Origin: Minisyncoccota bacterium
GTDB taxonomy: Bacteria; Patescibacteriota; Microgenomatia; UBA1400; PJMF01
Assembly (NCBI GenBank): GCA_009991965.1
Contig: JAACWQ010000006.1
Span: forward strand, 7,174-71,173
DNA length: 64,000 bases
Reading direction: 5' to 3'
Position numbers and translations under genes: made by a program. This document shows, one piece after another, positions 48,950-57,187 of this stretch (position 1 is its first letter; each line of letters begins with the position of its first letter). Under the pieces are notes generated by a model. The model was not told the origin of the DNA. It saw nothing but the letters and a program-made list of their open reading frames with translations, and searched no databases.

Positions 48950-49774
48950 ATGGCAAATTCATCCATACAATTACTCGCAATTACCTTTTTACAACCAAAT
49001 CCCTTCCAACCCAGAAATAAAATTGCTGAGGCAGAAATCGTAGAATTAGCAGACTCCATTAAACAGTTTGGCGTCCTCGAACCACTCGTCGTCGCAGATA
49101 CTCCCGCTGGGTATCAAATTATTGCTGGCGAACGCCGCTGGCGAGCAGCCAAAATTGCTGGTCTCAGTGAAGTCCCTGTAATCATCAAAAAAACGTCTCC
49201 TAGAGAAATGCTGGAAATCGCTTTAATAGAGAACGTCCAACGAACCAATTTATCAGCAATAGAACGTGCACAAGCATTTCAACAACTACAGCGAGAGTTT
49301 TCGTTTAGCGTAGCGGATATCGCACGCAGAGTCAGCAAGTCAAGTTCTTATGTTAGCAATACTCTGAAACTGCTCACGCTTCCCGATGCTATCAAAGATG
49401 GTTTGCTTGGTGGCAACATTTCTGAGGGTCATGCAAGAGCCATTTCGGGCATTCTAAATCCATCGACTATGGTCTTAGTCTACAAACGAATTTTGAAGGA
49501 AAATGCTTCTGTGCGCAGGGCAGAGGAGCTCTCACGACATGCCAAAGAAAGCTCACATGACCCAAAGTCTCATATAGTTCCCGGTGCGTACGCGATTGAT
49601 AAAGCCAAGCTAAAACAATGGGAAAAGACGATCCAAGGCATGCTAGCCGCAAAATCAAAACTCAATCTTGTTCGCACTGATCGTCAAACCAAAATCAGCA
49701 TTACCCTTAAGGGTGATGTAGAAAAAACACAACAAGACCTCGAAAAATTCATGAGTATTATCGAATCTCAATAA
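48950..49774 (+). CDS. parB: ParB/Spo0J family partition protein
   Basis: PNPFQPR, LADSIKQFGVLEP, AGERRWRA, IENVQR, HTH, SEGHAR. Confidence 0.9.
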   Translation: MANSSIQLLAITFLQPNPFQPRNKIAEAEIVELADSIKQFGVLEPLVVADTPAGYQIIAGERRWRAAKIAGLSEVPVIIKKTSPREMLEIALIENVQRTNLSAIERAQAFQQLQREFSFSVADIARRVSKSSSYVSNTLKLLTLPDAIKDGLLGGNISEGHARAISGILNPSTMVLVYKRILKENASVRRAEELSRHAKESSHDPKSHIVPGAYAIDKAKLKQWEKTIQGMLAAKSKLNLVRTDRQTKISITLKGDVEKTQQDLEKFMSIIESQ

Positions 49775-50349
49775 GAAACTTTTGGCAACAAGCCAATATC
49801 TTTGGCTGGCCAGTAGCGGAAGAAGGCTCTGCCGACAATTTCGTCTGCTGCAACAGGACCCCAAGCACGCGAATCACTCGAGTGTGGGCGATTATCACCC
49901 GACGCGAAGTACTCATTTGGTCCAAGCGTAATAACCCTGCCACCCGAAGTAAATGTCCCCTCACTGGTAATCACCGAACTATCCAAATATTGAGATTCAT
50001 CAAGTTTTTGTTGGTTTAGATACAGACTTGAGTCTTTTACCTGTACTGTATCTCCCGGCACGCCAATGACTCGTTTAATGAAATCACAACCAGTGTCTTC
50101 GGGACAATTGGCGGCCGCCGGCGCATGAAATACGATCACATCTCCCCGTTGCGGAGTCCCAACGCGGTAACTGACTTTGTCTGTTAACAAGTAATCTCCA
50201 TCGTGAAAATTTGGAAACATAGACAGACCGTTTACCTGATGCGGCTGTAGTAAGAATAAGTAAACAACTAAAAAAAGCGATAAACCAATTACAACTGTTT
50301 CAATGAAATCGAGAATGACGCTTGAAAATGATTTTATAAGTCTATGCAT
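49768..50349 (-). CDS. lepB: Signal peptidase I
   Basis: GLSMFPN (Ser), FIKRVIG (Lys), GDNRPHSSDSR; ATG at 50349. Confidence 0.95.
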   Translation of the reverse strand: MHRLIKSFSSVILDFIETVVIGLSLFLVVYLFLLQPHQVNGLSMFPNFHDGDYLLTDKVSYRVGTPQRGDVIVFHAPAAANCPEDTGCDFIKRVIGVPGDTVQVKDSSLYLNQQKLDESQYLDSSVITSEGTFTSGGRVITLGPNEYFASGDNRPHSSDSRAWGPVAADEIVGRAFFRYWPAKDIGLLPKVSY

Positions 50350-50361
50350 AGGACGTCGTTC

Positions 50362-50390
50362 ATTATCACGATTCTCCGCTGGAGTTTCAA
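50362..50390 (-). promoter_or_regulatory. Sigma70-like promoter for lepB: TTGAAA-N17-GATAAT
   Basis: Minus-strand hexamers at 50390-50385 and 50367-50362. Confidence 0.45.
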
Positions 50391-50414
50391 GCGGTAAATA
50401 GAGATAATGGCAGG

Positions 50415-51641
50415 ATGGGTTATACCGCACATACGCTTCGTGGATTTAGTTGGCAAACGGTTTTAAAGTTTGCCACGGCTGGTATTGCGCTCGTAAAAAT
50501 ATCACTGCTTTCTCATATATTGTCACCAGCGGACTTCGGCGTCTTTGCGATTGTGCTCGTTGCGCTGGGTATTAGCGAGGCAACAACACAAACTGGCGTC
50601 AACATCACCTTGCTACAAACAACGCGCAGCATCCGTTACTATCTCAGTACGGCTTGGGTAATAGCAATCGTTCGAGGCTTCTTTATTGCGATTCTCATGA
50701 CAAGCGTCGGTTTATTGCTGGCAAAATACTACAACAACCCCGTACTTGCACCACTGACTGCGATAGCAGCCCTCGTGCCGCTTATTAAAGGCTTCATTAA
50801 CCCCAGCTTGATCAAGTACCAAAAAGAACTCCTCTTTTCGAAAGAAGCTATATTTAGACTCTCGCTTTCGCTCATAGAAACTACAGCCACAGTTTTATTT
50901 GCAGTTTTCATCCACTCGCCACTCGCGCTGCTACTCGGACTTGTTTTTGTTGCAATAATCGAAGTCATTGCCTCTTTCTATTTATTCTCCGATTGGCCAA
51001 CACTTACTTTCCATAGTAGTCGCGCCAAAGACATCCTCAAGAATTCGCTTGGCCTGAGTCCCGCTGCGTTGCTCAGTTATATCGGAGATAACATTGATGA
51101 TTTTTTGATTGGTAAGTTACTCGGTACCTACAAACTTGGCCTCTATCACAACGCCTACGCACTGAGTCACAAACCAAACTATGATGTTTCAAAAGCACTA
51201 AATCACTCCACGCTCCCCATTTTTTCTAAAATGCAAAATGACAAAGTTCGGCTCAGAAACGCATTTCTAAAATCTTCTGTTGCACTCATCGGTCTCATCA
51301 CGCTACTTTCACTACCACTTTTTTTCTTCCCGACGCAACTCGTTTCATTGCTCTTTGGCAAACAGTGGCTACCAATTGCCCCAATCCTCCCACTGCTCGC
51401 ACTGGCAGGAATTTTACAAAGCTGCAACAACCTTGGCTACAATCTCTGGCTAACTTCAAAAAAATACGCCATACTCAATCTCCATCTTGCCTTGAGCGTC
51501 GCTTCACTTGTTTTTGGACTCTTCTATTTTATTTCCAGCAACGACTTTTATGGCACCGGCCAAGCCATTCTCTTTTCCCGACTGATTCCGCTCCCGCTCC
51601 TCGTATTTGGTGTGTATAGATCCCTCCGACATGCAACCTAG
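50415..51641 (+). CDS. Wzx/PST-family polysaccharide flippase
   Basis: LSPADFG, DDFLIGKLLG..LGLYHNAY, PIFSKMQ, LFGKQW; about 12 TM. Confidence 0.85.
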   Translation: MGYTAHTLRGFSWQTVLKFATAGIALVKISLLSHILSPADFGVFAIVLVALGISEATTQTGVNITLLQTTRSIRYYLSTAWVIAIVRGFFIAILMTSVGLLLAKYYNNPVLAPLTAIAALVPLIKGFINPSLIKYQKELLFSKEAIFRLSLSLIETTATVLFAVFIHSPLALLLGLVFVAIIEVIASFYLFSDWPTLTFHSSRAKDILKNSLGLSPAALLSYIGDNIDDFLIGKLLGTYKLGLYHNAYALSHKPNYDVSKALNHSTLPIFSKMQNDKVRLRNAFLKSSVALIGLITLLSLPLFFFPTQLVSLLFGKQWLPIAPILPLLALAGILQSCNNLGYNLWLTSKKYAILNLHLALSVASLVFGLFYFISSNDFYGTGQAILFSRLIPLPLLVFGVYRSLRHAT

Positions 51642-52266
51642 CGTTTCAGTCATCACTATTGGCCGAGAAAATACCAAACAACCGATTCAAGATTTTGCCG
51701 CGGCCAGAAATGCAGCGCTCAAAAACGCCACCAGCGATTGGGTGGTCTTCCTCGACTCAGATGAAAAAATAAGCGAATCAGATTTTGAAAAACTCAAAAA
51801 ATATATTTCTCAAACCAAAGCAGCGGGTCTCTATCTCACACGCTCCGATATTTTTTATGGCGTGCAACTGCACTATGGAGAGTGGGGGAGCACAAAAATC
51901 TTGCGCGCAATGCAACCCGCCAAGGCAAAATACCAAGGAAAAGTCCATGAAGTGCCACAAATCTCAGGCACGACTGAACAAACAGACGTCGTCATTTTGC
52001 ACACCGCTCATCCCTCCATTAACCAATTTATAGCAAAAGTATCAAACTACGCAGCACTTGCAGCAGCAGAGCGAAAGACTTCACTACTTCGTACGGGCAT
52101 AGAAATCTGCACCTACCCGATTGCAAAATTTTTGCTCAATTACTTTTTACTTCGAGGATTTCTTGATGGTTGGCGCGGCCTTGCGTACGCTACCGTCATG
52201 AGTTTGCATTCATTTTTTGTCCGCGCGTATCGTATTTCTTGGCACCTACAAAATGAAACTACCTAA
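51631..52266 (+). CDS. GT2 family glycosyltransferase (WaaE/KdtX-like), N-terminally shortened
   Basis: DFAAARN, WVVFLDSDE, VHE, GFLDGWRG. Confidence 0.8.
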   Translation: MQPSVSVITIGRENTKQPIQDFAAARNAALKNATSDWVVFLDSDEKISESDFEKLKKYISQTKAAGLYLTRSDIFYGVQLHYGEWGSTKILRAMQPAKAKYQGKVHEVPQISGTTEQTDVVILHTAHPSINQFIAKVSNYAALAAAERKTSLLRTGIEICTYPIAKFLLNYFLLRGFLDGWRGLAYATVMSLHSFFVRAYRISWHLQNETT

Positions 52267-53413
52267 ATCACTCAACAAGGAAGTAGTACTGCTTGGTGTA
52301 CTTATTTTTATCCTTTCACTGGGACAGCTCCAGAGAATTGCCGTTCCTTGGGGAGCGCAATACGCCCACGAACTCGTTTTGTTTTTCTACTTGTTTACCA
52401 AACGCAAAGTCTACGCTCGAATACTGCTAAAAACTTGGAAAGAGTCGAGAACGAATACAAAAATTCTTGTCGCACTCATCATCAGCGGCGTGCTGCTACA
52501 AAGCTTTACCAGTGGCGACCAACGGGGATTGCTTCTCACCTTTCGTGCATTTTTATACACGAGTACAGCCTGGACTATCTATCTCTCAGTTGCCACCAAG
52601 CAAAAAGAACTGCTTCGCCTCTTCTTGCTCACCAGTGGAGTAGTCATGGCAATCATGGGAGTGATCCAATATCTCTTTTTGCCAGATATGCGATTTTTGG
52701 CCGTACTCGGTTGGGATGACCACTACTACCGAGCAATTGGCAGCATGCTTGATCCAAATTATTTTGGCATACTACTTGTGCTCACGCTCGCCAATCTCTG
52801 GTCTTGGGGCAAGCGAATTCCTGCCAAGCTGACAATTGCCCTTACCGTACTACTCAGCATGACCATCGCGGCCACCATCTCTCGGGCTACGTTCCTTGCC
52901 GTTACCATTTTCTTTGTAACACAATTTCTACGCAACAAAAAAATTGTCAGTCTTGCCGCTGGCATCCTTTTGATCACATTGCTTGCGCTACCGAAACCAA
53001 CTGGCGAAGGGGTCGATCTGCTGCGAACGAGCAGTATCAATAGTCGCATCTCCCACGATCAAGAAGCACTCGGTGGTTTTGAACTTAATCCAATCAAAAT
53101 GCTTTTTGGCACTGGGTTATTTTCTAGTGTCCATCCGAGCACTTTTGCAGATAAAAGTATTGACCATGGCCTGCAGGCAAATAATATTTTTGTTTTCCTG
53201 TATCAGGGAATTGGGCTGGTTGGAATGTTGTTACTACTTCCAATCTTACTCAAAGATTATAAAATCGTCTATCAAAAAGAGCACATCATTGCGTTTGCGC
53301 TCGTGGCGTTGCTTGTCCACGCACAGTTCAACAACTCTTTTTTTGAGCCAATTGTTTTTTCGTACTGGGTGTTGCTGGTAGCGACGCTGAAAAAAACTAC
53401 AACTGAAAAATAA
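52253..53413 (+). CDS. O-antigen ligase/polymerase-like membrane protein
   Basis: GWDDHYYRAIGSMLDPNY, TISRA, LLRTSSINSR, FGTG, HAQFNNSFF. Confidence 0.75.
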   Translation: MKLPKSLNKEVVLLGVLIFILSLGQLQRIAVPWGAQYAHELVLFFYLFTKRKVYARILLKTWKESRTNTKILVALIISGVLLQSFTSGDQRGLLLTFRAFLYTSTAWTIYLSVATKQKELLRLFLLTSGVVMAIMGVIQYLFLPDMRFLAVLGWDDHYYRAIGSMLDPNYFGILLVLTLANLWSWGKRIPAKLTIALTVLLSMTIAATISRATFLAVTIFFVTQFLRNKKIVSLAAGILLITLLALPKPTGEGVDLLRTSSINSRISHDQEALGGFELNPIKMLFGTGLFSSVHPSTFADKSIDHGLQANNIFVFLYQGIGLVGMLLLLPILLKDYKIVYQKEHIIAFALVALLVHAQFNNSFFEPIVFSYWVLLVATLKKTTTEK

Positions 53414-54110
53414 CTGACAATTTCTTCTCAGTCACATTACCAGCTGCGTCTGTCGCTATAAACTCCAAATCATTCTTGCCCTCATTCAGACGAAAACTAT
53501 GACCAAATGCACCATCTAGTTTGGCGTAGGTGAGTTGTCCATTGATCGTCACTTTGACACCAGGATCGGTCAGTCCTGCAATTTGTAAGTTCTGTTGCGC
53601 ACGACCTTGGATTATTGCGTCTGCAGTAGGGGTTGTGATATCGAGCAATGGCGCTTCTGTGTCGAGAGCAATCTTGTATCCACGACTGAGCTGCGATTCG
53701 TTGCCCGCGGCATCCCGCGCATACGTTGTCAAAACATTCTCGCCTTCGGTCAATGTAGTTGTCGCCTGAAAAGATCCATCTTCTTGCGCCACAACTGGCT
53801 CAAGCTCTTCGCCATTTACAATCACAAAAACCTCACTCTCGGCCTCAGCATAGCCAAACAACAGCAACTCTGCATCCTTGGTAGCCTTGGGTGGAGCAGT
53901 CAAAGTCGGGGTAAAGGGTGGCAACTCATCTTTGGGTGTAAACGGGGTAGTGCTGCCCAAAAAGCTTGAGGTTATGTTGATGAAGTTGGGCAAGATGACA
54001 AAGATAAACAAACTGACCAAAATAGCTGCTATAACAATAAAAAACCAAAACTGACGAACAACTTTGGTTTTCTCTTGCTTTACCAGGCGGGATGTAACTC
54101 TTCTGCGCAT
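53397..54110 (-). CDS. Membrane-anchored protein with two bacterial Ig-like domains
   Basis: N-terminal TM; repeated 'L.EG.N...A.DAAGN' Ig-like motifs; TATACT 7 nt before ATG. Confidence 0.8.
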   Translation of the reverse strand: MRRRVTSRLVKQEKTKVVRQFWFFIVIAAILVSLFIFVILPNFINITSSFLGSTTPFTPKDELPPFTPTLTAPPKATKDAELLLFGYAEAESEVFVIVNGEELEPVVAQEDGSFQATTTLTEGENVLTTYARDAAGNESQLSRGYKIALDTEAPLLDITTPTADAIIQGRAQQNLQIAGLTDPGVKVTINGQLTYAKLDGAFGHSFRLNEGKNDLEFIATDAAGNVTEKKLSVIFQL

Positions 54111-54143
54111 ACCAACTAGTATACCGTATTACTATTGATTCTA

Positions 54144-54219
54144 TGGAGCCGGGAAGGGGATTCGGACCCCTGACCTACGGTTTACGATACCGTCGCTCTA
54201 CCAACTGAGCTATCCCGGC
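54144..54219 (-). tRNA. tRNA-Thr(CGT)
   Basis: Cloverleaf GCCGGGA/TCCCGGC, anticodon loop ATCGTAA, T-loop TCCGAAT, encoded CCA. Confidence 0.9.
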
Positions 54220-54224
54220 GAGGG

Positions 54225-54295
54225 AGCGAGATACGAGAATCGAACTCGTGCTATCAGCTTGGGAAGCTAACGTACTGCCATTATACTAATCTCGC
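54225..54295 (-). tRNA. tRNA-Gly(CCC)
   Basis: GCGAGAT/ATCTCGC acceptor, loop TTCCCAA, TTCGATT T-loop, U73; followed by CCC rather than CCA. Confidence 0.92.
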
Positions 54296-54301
54296 GCTCA
54301 A

Positions 54302-54314
54302 TGATATTGTAACA
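54302..54314. promoter_or_regulatory. Overlapping divergent extended -10 boxes (tRNA-Gly/Thr operon on -, histidine phosphatase on +)
   Basis: Minus TGtTACAAT 10 nt before tRNA-Gly; plus TGaTATTGT 15 nt before ATG 54326. Confidence 0.55.
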
Positions 54315-54325
54315 AAGAAAATCAT

Positions 54326-54973
54326 ATGGCAAACAAGAACAAATATTGCCGTTTCTACCTCACTCGACATGGCGAGACTGTTTGGAATACGCAGGGACTC
54401 ATGCAGGGTCACGCCGATTCTCCGCTTACAGAAAATGGCATCAACCAAGCAAAAGAAACTGCAAAAAAACTACAAGATGTACAGTTTGCCCAAGTTTTTA
54501 GTTCGGACCTCATGCGATCACAGCGAACAGCCGAGATTATTTCTGCCGATCACGACCTCGTTGTAAAAACAAACAAGCTACTGAGAGAGTACTCGCTTGG
54601 ACCATTTGAGGGCAAAAAAATCTCGTACTTTTTGGAAACACTCAAAAAATCCATTGCCTACCGCGACTCTCTGGCAGATGAATTGCGACTGGCCCACCAA
54701 CTGCATCCCGAGGTAGAAATCGAAGAGAAGAGTGCAATCCGGATGATTACTTTTTTTCGAGAAACTGCCTTCGCCTATCCGGGGAAAAATGTGTTGGCTG
54801 TTTCGCACGCGGGGACGATCAGAGCGTTGCTGGTAAAACTTGGCTACGCCACCAACGACGAACTCCCACATGGCTCAATCAAAAATGCTTCGTACGTTGT
54901 CTTGGATTGCGATGGAGTTGATTTTTTTGTGCGGGAAACGGTGGGGGTAGAAAAAACAAAACAACAACAGTAA
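54326..54973 (+). CDS. Histidine phosphatase (phosphoglycerate mutase-like) family protein
   Basis: TRHGETVWN, DSPLTENG, SSDLMRSQRTA, LRE, VSHAG. Confidence 0.92.
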   Translation: MANKNKYCRFYLTRHGETVWNTQGLMQGHADSPLTENGINQAKETAKKLQDVQFAQVFSSDLMRSQRTAEIISADHDLVVKTNKLLREYSLGPFEGKKISYFLETLKKSIAYRDSLADELRLAHQLHPEVEIEEKSAIRMITFFRETAFAYPGKNVLAVSHAGTIRALLVKLGYATNDELPHGSIKNASYVVLDCDGVDFFVRETVGVEKTKQQQ

Positions 54974-55008
54974 CCGCATGAAAAAAGTTTCTAGACACTT
55001 ACAATTAA

Positions 55009-55263
55009 TCAGGTATTCAACCGTGAACTAGAGCGAGGTCTGATAGGGCAGATCTCAGGATCAGCTCCAGCACGATTAAAGAATCCCATAGCAAGAACAG
55101 CTAAATAGTTAGTTAGTATTGCAGTGACAACTGTTTCTTCAATATATTTTTCAAGGATTACCGAAAAAGTATCGTCGCAAACAAATCCCAATTGCAATGC
55201 TATTTCCTCAGCATTGCTACAATTCCAATTTTCTTTTATGGTGAGATCTAGTTTTTCTTTCAA
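55009..55263 (-). pseudogene. Possible gene remnant / hypothetical 84-aa ORF directly 3' of tRNA-Asp
   Basis: AT-rich; TTG start 4 nt from tRNA CCA; segment ALQLGFVCDDTFSVILEKYIEE resembles by eye the C-terminus of DenD-like NAD-dependent epimerases. Confidence 0.3.
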
Positions 55264-55266
55264 AAA

Positions 55267-55342
55267 TGGCGAACCCGACCAGGATCGAACTGGTGATCTC
55301 CTCCGTGACAGGGAGGCATGTTAACCACTACACCACGGGTCC
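55267..55342 (-). tRNA. tRNA-Asp(GTC)
   Basis: GGACCCG/CGGGTTC acceptor, CCTCC-CTGTCAC-GGAGG anticodon arm, TTCGATC, G73-CCA. Confidence 0.95.
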
Positions 55343-55352
55343 TCAGCGTCTG

Positions 55353-55402
55353 ATTATACGAAGAGGGGCCTGGTTTGCCAAGACACAACCTGGTGGTATA
55401 CT
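55353..55402. promoter_or_regulatory. Divergent promoters sharing an overlapping -35 (tRNA-Asp / lemA)
   Basis: Minus TTGGCA-N17-TATAAT; plus TTGCCA-N16-TATACT with extended TG. Confidence 0.6.
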
Positions 55403-55410
55403 ATTTCCAT

Positions 55411-55998
55411 ATGTCTACACCCATTTTTCTTCTCATTATTCTGATCGCCATCGCTTCGTACGCGGCAAGCATCTACAACACCCTACAGCGGCTGATGACG
55501 CAGATCACTGCCAGTATTCAAGAGATCGGTAATCAGCTGAAAAGACAGGCTTCGCTCATCCCAAATTTGGAGTCGAGTGTCAAAGGTTTCCTCAAGCACG
55601 AGCAAGGTATTTTCAAGTTACTGACCGATGCACGCAAGTCGGTAGCACAAGCAGCTTCGTCTAATTCGCTACCAGATATCGAAAAAGCGGCTACGGCCAT
55701 GCAAGCTCTGATGCCAAAGATCAGTTTGGTGGTAGAGGACAATCCAGAACTCAAGTCAAATGAGACAGTAACGCAGTTTATGCGTGAGCTTACCGACACG
55801 GCAGATAAGTTGATGTATGCTCGTCGCTCGGTTATCGATTTGACACAAAACTTTAACGAGAAACTCGTCATGTTCCCATCCAATCTCATTGCCGGTCTGT
55901 TTGGCTTCAAACAACAAGCGGGACTGCAAACACCACAATCTGGTTCACACCTTGAAGTGAGCTCAGACGAGATGAAGGATGTCAAAGTAGACATCTAA
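55411..55998 (+). CDS. lemA: LemA family protein
   Basis: N-terminal TM, YNTL, QLKRQASLIPNL, PELKSN, FPSNLIAGLFGF. Confidence 0.92.
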   Translation: MSTPIFLLIILIAIASYAASIYNTLQRLMTQITASIQEIGNQLKRQASLIPNLESSVKGFLKHEQGIFKLLTDARKSVAQAASSNSLPDIEKAATAMQALMPKISLVVEDNPELKSNETVTQFMRELTDTADKLMYARRSVIDLTQNFNEKLVMFPSNLIAGLFGFKQQAGLQTPQSGSHLEVSSDEMKDVKVDI

Positions 55999-56912
55999 TG
56001 ACGCATCTACAGCTAATTCAACGAAATAAGCAAAAATCAGCCGCAATTATGGTGTTGTTTGTCGGCTTTATTGTCGGTGCGAGTTACTTGATCGCAACTG
56101 GCCTGCAGTATGACCTCAGTTTTGTGGGTATTGCCCTCATTTTATCTGGCATCGTTTCGTTTTCTTCCTATTGGTGGTCAGACAAAGTTATCCTGAGTAT
56201 TTCCAAGGCGCGGCCTGCGACCAAAGCAGAATTTTTTGATTACTATACGGTGGCGGAGAATATCGTCTCAGGCCAAAGGATGCCAATGCCGAAGCTGTAT
56301 GTGATTGATGACTCGGCGATGAATGCGTTTGCCACAGGCAGAGATCCAGAGCACGCAGTTGTGTGTGCGACAACGGGTTTACTCAGTAGATTAACCAGAG
56401 GTGAGATTGAAGGCGTAGTAGCTCACGAACTCTCTCATGTGCAGAACTATGATATTCGCCTCATGTCGGTAGTGACGATACTTGTTGGCATGATTGCGCT
56501 ATTATCCGATTGGGCACTACGCATGACTTTTTGGGGTCGATCTGGCCGTTCCAGGGACAACGACAAAGAAAGCGGACAACTCCAGATTATCCTCGCAGTT
56601 GTCGGTATTGCGCTTGCGCTCCTGTCGCCAATCATTGCACAAATCATCCAGCTGTCTATTTCGAGAAAACGAGAATTTTTGGCTGATGCTTCTGGCATCG
56701 GTATGACAAGAAATCCAAGAGGTCTGATGGCGGCGCTCAAAAAAATCAGCGCTGATACAGAGCCACTCGAAGCAGCTAATAAGGCGACCGCCCATCTTTA
56801 TTTTTCTAATCCTCTAAAAAATACGCATGGAGCTATTAGTTGGTTTTCCAAACTGTTTCAGACGCACCCACCAATTGCAGAACGCATTGCGGCATTGGAG
56901 AAGATTTCATGA
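55998..56912 (+). CDS. htpX: Zinc metalloprotease HtpX (M48)
   Basis: NAFATGR, TTGLL, AHELSH (HExxH), SRKREFLADA, THPP. Confidence 0.93.
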   Translation: MTHLQLIQRNKQKSAAIMVLFVGFIVGASYLIATGLQYDLSFVGIALILSGIVSFSSYWWSDKVILSISKARPATKAEFFDYYTVAENIVSGQRMPMPKLYVIDDSAMNAFATGRDPEHAVVCATTGLLSRLTRGEIEGVVAHELSHVQNYDIRLMSVVTILVGMIALLSDWALRMTFWGRSGRSRDNDKESGQLQIILAVVGIALALLSPIIAQIIQLSISRKREFLADASGIGMTRNPRGLMAALKKISADTEPLEAANKATAHLYFSNPLKNTHGAISWFSKLFQTHPPIAERIAALEKIS

Positions 56913-57187
56913 AAGATCTAATCAAACTTGCCAATCTGCCAATCTCAGACGAGCAAGCAAAATCACTGGAGTCTGCGTTTTCAGAAACGCTCGAAGTATT
57001 CAAAAATCTTACAGATCTCGATATCTCCCAGACTGAACCAACAAACCAAGTAACTGGACAAGAAAATGTGCTGCGTGAAGATAAGATAGATGAAGACAGA
57101 ATGTTAACGCAGTCACAAGCGTTACAATCAGCAAAGCACACACACGAAGGATTTTTTGTGGTTCCAAGGCTCATAGATGAAAAATAA
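56909..57187 (+). CDS. gatC: Asp/Glu-tRNA amidotransferase subunit C
   Basis: KLANL, EPT, NVLRED, GFFVVPR; precedes gatA. Confidence 0.88.
   Translation: MKDLIKLANLPISDEQAKSLESAFSETLEVFKNLTDLDISQTEPTNQVTGQENVLREDKIDEDRMLTQSQALQSAKHTHEGFFVVPRLIDEK

Noticed and set aside
53397-54110. Ig-like protein as a peptidase
   Set aside because: Only Ig-like repeats and an anchor; no catalytic motif
55124-55532. ORFs 55124..55324 and 55266..55532
   Set aside because: They overlap tRNA-Asp on the opposite strand and the lemA start; spurious
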